A stretch of 63,838 nucleotides of DNA, the filler included, from Coriobacteriales bacterium (GTDB lineage: Bacteria; Actinomycetota; Coriobacteriia; Coriobacteriales; UBA8131): the NCBI GenBank assembly GCA_031263105.1. It is 5 parts of 5 records of this genome, joined end to end, with 100 filler letters (N's around TTAATTAATTAA, not from the genome) between each part and the next. Parts side by side here need not be neighbours in the genome. Positions count along the whole stretch, not along the records: positions 57,960 to 63,838 come from JAISGJ010000115.1; 4 more parts are not named here. One strand, 5' to 3'. The notes below the pieces were generated by a model. The model saw only the letters and a list, made by a program, of their open reading frames with translations. It made no database searches and was not told where the DNA came from. Below are positions 57,998-63,838 of the stretch, piece after piece. Every line of letters begins with the position of its first letter. Positions within the stretch are counted from its first letter, which is position 1. A program made the translations under genes and the position numbers.

Positions 57998-58909
57998 TTA
58001 TCCGTCAGCCTTGCACCGGGCGACTATCTCGTCGATGACGCGGTCGACGTCGTCGTAGTCTATCTGGCAGGTGCCGACCTGGGGATGCCCGCCGCCGCCG
58101 TACTTGAGCATCAGGGCGCCGACATTGGTCTGGGACGTCCGGTTGAGGATCGAGTGTCCAACGGCGATGGGGCAGTTCTGCTTGTTGCGCCCGTCCACTA
58201 TCCACAGCGATATGTTCTGCTCGGGATACAGCGAGTAGATCAGGAAGCGGTTGCCGGTATAGATGGTCTCGACGTCGCGCAGGTCGGTGACTATCACGTT
58301 GCCGTCGGTGCGCGTGTGCTCTGCGACCATCGCCCGGAACAGCTTGTCCTGCTCGAAGTACATCTCGACGCGCTCTGCGACGTCCGGGTCCACAAGGATC
58401 TCGTCGATGCCCTTTTTGGCTATTTCGTCTATCAGTTTTTCCATCAGAAGGTAGTTGGGGATCCTGAACTCCCGGAAGCGGCCGAGGCCTGTGCGCGGGT
58501 CCATCAGGAAGCCGAGAAGCACCCATCCGGTGGGGTTCAGCGTCTCGTCCCTGCTCAGCTTTGCGGCGTCCACCTTGTCGACGGCCTCGACCATCTCGTC
58601 GAAGTGCCCGAGCTTCTTCGCCCCGTCGTAGTAGTCGTAGATGACGCGCGCCGCACTGTCGGCGGGATAGCTCGCCCCCTCGAACTTGAAGTCGCCCAGG
58701 CGGTCCTTCTCGGAGGTATGGTGGTCGAACCACAGCGTTGCGCCCGGCACGAACGGCACGTTCGCCAGCACGTCGCCCGGTTCTATCTCGACGATTCCGT
58801 CTTGGAGGTCCTTGGGGTGGACGAACTTCCATGAGTCTATGACCCCGAGGTATTTCAGCAGCGCAGCACAGGCAAGTCCATCAAAATCGCTTCTGGTCAA
58901 CAGTCTCAT
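57998..58909 (-). CDS. DHH-superfamily exopolyphosphatase-like / nanoRNase-like protein
   Basis: RL.TRSDFDGL, FVHPKD.QDG, FDHH, DPRTGLGR, GGGGH..VGTCQ. Confidence 0.88.
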   Translation of the reverse strand: MRLLTRSDFDGLACAALLKYLGVIDSWKFVHPKDLQDGIVEIEPGDVLANVPFVPGATLWFDHHTSEKDRLGDFKFEGASYPADSAARVIYDYYDGAKKLGHFDEMVEAVDKVDAAKLSRDETLNPTGWVLLGFLMDPRTGLGRFREFRIPNYLLMEKLIDEIAKKGIDEILVDPDVAERVEMYFEQDKLFRAMVAEHTRTDGNVIVTDLRDVETIYTGNRFLIYSLYPEQNISLWIVDGRNKQNCPIAVGHSILNRTSQTNVGALMLKYGGGGHPQVGTCQIDYDDVDRVIDEIVARCKADG

Positions 58910-59112
58910 AAGCCCCGCCTCTCTCTTTGGGTTCCCGATTCGGCACAAGCCGCCCGCACGGCCTTTGTGCCCTAGCAATAACCATGATAGCACTAAAGAC
59001 AGGCATACGCGCGAACGCAGAACGGTGCATCGTTACCTACTGGTAACACAAAAATGCTGTTCAAGATGGTACAATAGGTTCTCATACGTAGCCAATAGAA
59101 GGACTTTCATAT

Positions 59113-59400
59113 ATGGATTTGGCACACCAGGCAACAATCGTTTCGCGCATTCACGACACATTGGCTGAGAAAACGGGGAAACGGCTCAAAGTAAAAGCGA
59201 ATCTGGGGCGCTCCAAGATCATCGAGTGCGAAGGCGTGCTCACGCAGGCACATCCGCAGCTTTTCATCATGGAGGTCGAGCGCAAACGTGGCCGCATCAC
59301 CCGTCAGTCGTATCAGTACGTCGACATCCTCACGGGAACCGTCGAGCTGATGCATGTCGAGAACGGCGAGCCGCTGTTCCCCGCCCTTATGGAGAACTGA
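59113..59400 (+). CDS. veg: Veg family protein
   Basis: G.RLKVKAN.GRSK..E.EGVL...HP..F...RQSYQY.DILT.TVEL. Confidence 0.88.
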   Translation: MDLAHQATIVSRIHDTLAEKTGKRLKVKANLGRSKIIECEGVLTQAHPQLFIMEVERKRGRITRQSYQYVDILTGTVELMHVENGEPLFPALMEN

Positions 59401-59486
59401 GCGGTTCTTTGGCCTGCGCCTCTTTAATCATTCTTTAATCGGCTCTTCTCGGGGATTCCCCCTTCATTTGTGAGAGAATGGTAACC

Positions 59487-59567
59487 GGCTTGGGCGGCGC
59501 CACGCTCCGAACCTGGTCAGGTCCTGACGGAAGCAGCCATAAGGGGCCTCTGGCGGGCGCCCAAGCC
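59487..59567 (+). ncRNA. ffs: Signal recognition particle RNA (small, 4.5S type)
   Basis: Domain IV TCAGGTCC-TGAC-GGAAGCAGC; closing stem GGCTTGGGCG / CGCCCAAGCC. Confidence 0.88.
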
Positions 59568-59595
59568 ATCCTTTGTTGAACACGGAAGGTACTTC

Positions 59596-60252
59596 GTGGG
59601 AATTCTCCAGTTCTTTCTCGATCTGCTGCGTGACCCACGGGGGTTCATTGCACAGTGGATAACAGACCTCGGCCCCCTTTGGGTCTATGCGCCGCTCTTC
59701 GTCATCATCTTCGTCGAGACAGGGCTCGTGGTCACCCCCTTCCTGCCGGGGGACTCGCTGCTGTTCGCGGCGGGCGTCTTTGCTGCCCCGGGTGGCGGCC
59801 TCAATCTCGCGGTGCTGCTCGTCAGCCTCTACATCGCCGCAATCCTCGGCAACACGTCCAATTACTGGATCGGCCGCAAGGTGGGCCAGGCCATCATCGA
59901 CTCCGGTCGCGTCAAGGCACTGACGCCCGAGCGCATCGCGAAGACCCAGGCCATGTTCGACAAGTACGGGCTGCTCGCCGTGGTGCTCACGCGCTTCTTC
60001 CCCATCATCCGCACCTTCGCCCCCTTCCTCGCAGGCGTCGGCGGGATGCACTTCGGCCGCTTCACGGTCTTCAACGTGATAGGCGGCGTGCTCTGGGTGA
60101 CCATCTTCACGCTGCTGGGCTACTTCTTCGGCTCCGTCCCCTTCGTGCAAGACAACTTCGAGCTCATCATAATCGCCATCGTGGTCATCAGCTTCGTCCC
60201 CACCGCAGTCGGCATCATCAAACTGCGCCTCGCCAAGAGGCATACCGATTGA
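59596..60252 (+). CDS. dedA: DedA family membrane protein
   Basis: F.ETGLV..PFLPGDSLLF.AG, RF.PI.RTFAPF.AG. Confidence 0.93.
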   Translation: MGILQFFLDLLRDPRGFIAQWITDLGPLWVYAPLFVIIFVETGLVVTPFLPGDSLLFAAGVFAAPGGGLNLAVLLVSLYIAAILGNTSNYWIGRKVGQAIIDSGRVKALTPERIAKTQAMFDKYGLLAVVLTRFFPIIRTFAPFLAGVGGMHFGRFTVFNVIGGVLWVTIFTLLGYFFGSVPFVQDNFELIIIAIVVISFVPTAVGIIKLRLAKRHTD

Positions 60253-60282
60253 TCGGTGGCTGCCCGTGCAGGGGCCTCCATC

Positions 60283-60367
60283 TTCGTAGGGGACGGCGTC
60301 CTCGACGTCCCGTGTCCGCCGCCGTGCGATACGAGGGCGGGACGTCGAGGCCTCCGTCCCCTACGAA
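60283..60367. repeat. GTAG-type REPIN (third palindrome type)
   Basis: TTCGTAGGGGACGG-CGTCCTCGACGTCCCG ... CGGGACGTCGAGG-CCT-CCGTCCCCTACGAA. Confidence 0.8.
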
Positions 60368-60415
60368 CGGGGGCACGAGGGTGCCCCCGTCGCCGCAGTG
60401 ACCGTATCGTCGCTT

Positions 60416-61039
60416 TTAGACAAACCGCTCGCTCAGGTATATCCGAACCTGCTCCTCTAACTCATTCGCCGTTTGAGAGTTCGGTTGGAGGCGGGTCGCC
60501 CATTCGCGTCCGGGATGGATCGTGTCCCATTGTGACTTCTTTCCGCCATATCTGCCCTTGCCGGGGGCGTGATTGCCGAATCCGTCGAGGATGCGGTTCC
60601 ATACAGGAGCGAACCGTTCAATCAGCATGGACTCTGCAAGGGGTATCCAGATGTCATCAACGACGAGGAACCGGCAATAGAAGGCAGAAAGCTCAAGATT
60701 TTGCGCTGCCGCAATTGAGCTGGCATGTTGCGAAAGCCGTTGTTGCAGAGCCTGCCCGTGATCGACATCGAATCCGATGCCTCCTTTGCGTGCTCCGGCT
60801 GGAACGGCTTTGCCCACATAGATAGGACAGGCGAAGCCTTGACTTCTGTTTATCGCCGACAAGCGCTCATACGCAGGAAAAGAGCCGATATAGTAGAGGG
60901 CATACACGCCCGCACCGACGAACGGCTTGGGAGGCAGTGGTCTTGCTTCTACTTGGAGGAGTGCTTCGGCCACGCTTTCGCCGAGGTTTCTTTTGTCAAG
61001 CGGATTGAACGGCGTTATGGGGGACTGGTCTTTCTTCAA
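60416..61039 (-). CDS. Eco29kI family (GIY-YIG) type II restriction endonuclease
   Basis: FNPLDK.NLG.SV, GAGVYALYY, PIYVGKAVP.G.RKG, WIPL.ES, WN...DGFGNH.PG.GR. Confidence 0.92.
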   Translation of the reverse strand: MKKDQSPITPFNPLDKRNLGESVAEALLQVEARPLPPKPFVGAGVYALYYIGSFPAYERLSAINRSQGFACPIYVGKAVPAGARKGGIGFDVDHGQALQQRLSQHASSIAAAQNLELSAFYCRFLVVDDIWIPLAESMLIERFAPVWNRILDGFGNHAPGKGRYGGKKSQWDTIHPGREWATRLQPNSQTANELEEQVRIYLSERFV

Positions 61040-62213
61040 CTCCTCTCCTCCTTTCAAGCGCCTCCGCTACCGACTTGCCGATAACGGCGGCAAGCCTGAC
61101 CGGTACGGCGTTTCCAATTTGGCGCATGCTCTCTGTCCATGAGCCGCTGAAGGTGTACTCGTCGGGGAAGGTCTGCATCCGTGCGCTTTCTCTCACGGTG
61201 TAATACCGAAGCGTCCCGTCGTCGAGTACGAGCGTGTTCTCGCCGCCAGGGACACCGTGGGCTCCGGCCTTGATGGTCTTGGACGGTTCGTCAAGAGTGC
61301 TGCCGGAATGCCCGGCATATGATTTTGCCCCCGCACGGAATGCATGGTTCGCAAAATCTCTTGCGATTTTGCTTTGTGGGTCGGGAAGCCCCTTGATCGC
61401 ATCGCGGACAGTACGCCATCTGAGGAGCCTTGACCTGTTTGACTTGTGGAATGTCCGGTCGGAACTGTCGAGTGTGCGCGTCTGCGGGCGACGCTTTTTC
61501 GGAATCTCGTGTTCTTCCCAGTACGACCCGTCCACTTCCTTTGCGAATCGAAGCGCGTTCTTGGAGTGCGTCGGCTCAGGAAACGACCAATCCGCGCTTA
61601 GGTCGCTCCGAAACCCGACCAGTACGACGCGATGCCTCGCCTGCGGAACGCCGTAATCGGCTGCGTTGAGGGATTGGAAGACGACATCGTAGCAAAGACC
61701 CTTATCGCAGCTGGAGGCGTGATACTCCTCAAGCAATCGGAAGTGCTCGGCCCAAGGCATCCCGTCTGGCCTTGCCATGTCGGGATGCGTCAGCTGCAAG
61801 AGGATGTAGTTGAAATAGGTGCTGAAGGATTTTCTGGTGAGGCCGCGGACGTTCTCGAAGATGAACCCCTGTGGCCTCAGTTCCCGCACCGCGCGTACAG
61901 CCTCGGGGAACATGTCGCGCTCGTCCTTATGCGCTTTGTGTTTGCCGCCGAGGGAGAACGGTTGGCACGGGGGACCCCCCGTTACGAACTGGATGTCAAG
62001 TCCGAGTTTGGTGTAGTTGACTGCGCGGACATCGGTTTGAATCACGTTCCAGCCCTTGATGCCGGGATAGCCTCCTTCGATATTGGATTTGATGTTTTCG
62101 CAGGAATCCTTATCCCATTCAAGCAAAGCCTCGTGCTCGAAACCTACCTGATGCAGGCCAAGTGCAAGACCGCCGGTGCCGCTGAATAGCTCAATCGACC
62201 TTATCACAGCCAA
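60996..62213 (-). CDS. DNA (cytosine-5) methyltransferase, cognate to the Eco29kI-type enzyme
   Basis: FSG.GG, GGPPCQPFS, FENV.GL, YGVPQ.R.RV, RE.AR.QTFP, QIGNAVP. Confidence 0.95.
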   Translation of the reverse strand: MAVIRSIELFSGTGGLALGLHQVGFEHEALLEWDKDSCENIKSNIEGGYPGIKGWNVIQTDVRAVNYTKLGLDIQFVTGGPPCQPFSLGGKHKAHKDERDMFPEAVRAVRELRPQGFIFENVRGLTRKSFSTYFNYILLQLTHPDMARPDGMPWAEHFRLLEEYHASSCDKGLCYDVVFQSLNAADYGVPQARHRVVLVGFRSDLSADWSFPEPTHSKNALRFAKEVDGSYWEEHEIPKKRRPQTRTLDSSDRTFHKSNRSRLLRWRTVRDAIKGLPDPQSKIARDFANHAFRAGAKSYAGHSGSTLDEPSKTIKAGAHGVPGGENTLVLDDGTLRYYTVRESARMQTFPDEYTFSGSWTESMRQIGNAVPVRLAAVIGKSVAEALERRRGVEERPVPHNAVQSA

Positions 62214-62421
62214 TACCTCCTCGATTATTGTATCACATCGCGTCGAAGGGCGGTGAGTCTTAGTATAATAGTAATATACTTTAAAGCTAATAAAATGTAA
62301 AGAGTGAATTCAGTGTTTTCAGACGGGAAAACCACGCCATGCCAAGGGATACAAGCGCCTGAAGTCTGGTACACTCAGAGGCGTAACCGTACACGTCCCG
62401 CATAGCCTCTGAGGAGTTCCT

Positions 62422-63838
62422 TTGGCGCTCTCGCTGTATCGCAAGTACCGTCCTGAGACCTTCACCGACGTGATGGGGCAGGAGCATATCGAGACCACCC
62501 TGAAGAACGCGGTGCAGACGGGCAGCGTCTCGCATGCCTACCTGTTCTGCGGGCCGCGCGGGACCGGCAAGACGACCACGGCGCGGCTGCTCGCCAAGGC
62601 GCTGCTGTGCGAGAAGGCGCCCACCGACCACCCCGACGGCAGCTGTGCGCAGTGCCGCGAGATCGCCGACGGCCTCCACCCCGACGTCTACGAGCTCGAC
62701 GCCGCGTCACGCACCGGCGTCGAGAACGTCCGTGAGGAGATAATCGGGCGTGTGCAGTTCGCGCCCACGCGCGGCACGTACAAGATATATATCATCGACG
62801 AGGTGCACATGCTCTCGACCGCAGCCTTCAACGCGCTGCTCAAGACCCTCGAAGAGCCGCCTCCCCACGTGCTGTTCGTGCTCTGCACGACCGACCCACA
62901 CAAGGTCCCCCAGACCATCCAGTCGCGCTGCCAGCGCTTCGACTTCCACCGCCTGAGCGAGCAGCAGATCGTCGAGCGCCTCGCCTACATCGGCGAGCAG
63001 GAGGGCTACCAGGTACAGCCCGAGGCGCTTGCGCTCATCGCCCAGCGCTCCCAAGGCGGCATGCGCGACGCCATAAGCTCGCTGGAGCAGATCGCGGTCT
63101 TCGGGGCGGGCATCGTCAGCTTCGAGGCGGCCGAGAGCATGCTCGGCGAGGTCTCGGTCGAGCAGCTTTTCTCCGTCGGCGACCTCATCGCCCGGCGCGA
63201 CGTCGCCGCCTGCTTCGCCTGGGTGGCGAGCTTCACGCAGGGCGGCACCGACATCGCGCAGTTCGTCCGCGACCTCGCCGGGCACGTCCGCAACCTCTAT
63301 GTCGCATCCGTGCTGGGCTCGGACCCTGCCCTGCAAGAGCTTTTGGAAGGGGAGGGGGAGCAGATCGTGCGCTATCGTGAGCAGGCGGCGCTCTTCGGCT
63401 CCTCGGACAGGCTCGCCGACGTGCTGGTCGTCCTCGGCGACCTGAGCATCCAACTGCGCTCGGCCGCCAACGCGCGGCTCTCCCTCGAGATCGCGCTCAC
63501 CCGCATGGCACGCCCCGACGCCGACCTCACCCTCGAGTCCCTCGCCGCCCGCATCGCCCTTCTAGAGGCCGGCTCCGTTGTGTCCGTCTCCCAACATGCC
63601 GTCGCGCCCTCACGGGCGCTCTTGGCGGAGTCGGGCGCTGCCGCGCCCGAGGATCCCTCGGCTCCGGGGCTTCGCCCCTCCGCTCGGGATGACAGCGGGG
63701 CTCCGGCACCGCGCCCCTTCGCTCGGGATGACAGTGGCTCCCCGGCACCGCGCCCCTCCGCTCGGGACGACAGTTCTGAAGATGCGCACCCCTCGGCTGC
63801 TCCCGCCCCTGCGGCCAAGGCCGCCCCCCAACATGCCG
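62422..63838 (+). CDS. dnaX: DNA polymerase III subunit gamma/tau (runs off the window end)
   Basis: TTG start after GAGGAG; LYRKYRP, GPRGTGKTT, IIDEVHML, NALLKTLEEPP, SRCQ. Absent from the ORF track because it has no stop in the window. Confidence 0.95.
   Translation, partial: MALSLYRKYRPETFTDVMGQEHIETTLKNAVQTGSVSHAYLFCGPRGTGKTTTARLLAKALLCEKAPTDHPDGSCAQCREIADGLHPDVYELDAASRTGVENVREEIIGRVQFAPTRGTYKIYIIDEVHMLSTAAFNALLKTLEEPPPHVLFVLCTTDPHKVPQTIQSRCQRFDFHRLSEQQIVERLAYIGEQEGYQVQPEALALIAQRSQGGMRDAISSLEQIAVFGAGIVSFEAAESMLGEVSVEQLFSVGDLIARRDVAACFAWVASFTQGGTDIAQFVRDLAGHVRNLYVASVLGSDPALQELLEGEGEQIVRYREQAALFGSSDRLADVLVVLGDLSIQLRSAANARLSLEIALTRMARPDADLTLESLAARIALLEAGSVVSVSQHAVAPSRALLAESGAAAPEDPSAPGLRPSARDDSGAPAPRPFARDDSGSPAPRPSARDDSSEDAHPSAAPAPAAKAAPQHA
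63649..63775. repeat. Family-2 arm repeats in frame within the dnaX linker
   Basis: GAGGATCCCTCGG followed by three CGCCCCT(C/T)CGCTCGGGA(T/C)GACAG units. Confidence 0.8.

Overview
High-GC bacterial DNA. The gene content and protein sequences suggest Coriobacteriia, probably Eggerthellaceae-like (inferred, not searched). The window is five contigs joined by artificial 100-nt N spacers containing TTAATTAATTAA, so adjacency across those joins means nothing. Housekeeping blocks: dnaG-hppA-dnaE, priA, infA-rpmJ-rpsM-rpsK-rpsD-rpoA-rplQ, gatCAB, veg, SRP RNA and dnaX. Accessory content: a toxin-antitoxin-rich island (Fic, RelE/HigB-type pair, hipBA plus a partial copy) around a REP-associated tyrosine transposase (RAYT); an orphan double-glycine-leader peptide; an AraC/ECF/ABC uptake locus with a duplicated promoter; VapBC; DUF3990/DUF3791; an orphan restriction-like nuclease; and an Eco29kI-type restriction-modification (R-M) system. 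The most striking signal is a two-tier repeat system. Family 1 consists of GGGACGG-core REP/REPIN elements linked to the RAYT, which carry arrays of 5'-anchored, variably truncated copies. Family 2 consists of modular TGTCAT(T/C)CCGAG elements with ~14-bp terminal inverted repeats and 7-9-bp flanking direct repeats. Both families sit in frame inside conserved genes (priA twice, gatA, dnaX, xdhC). All calls come from reading the sequence and motifs by eye; no database search was run.
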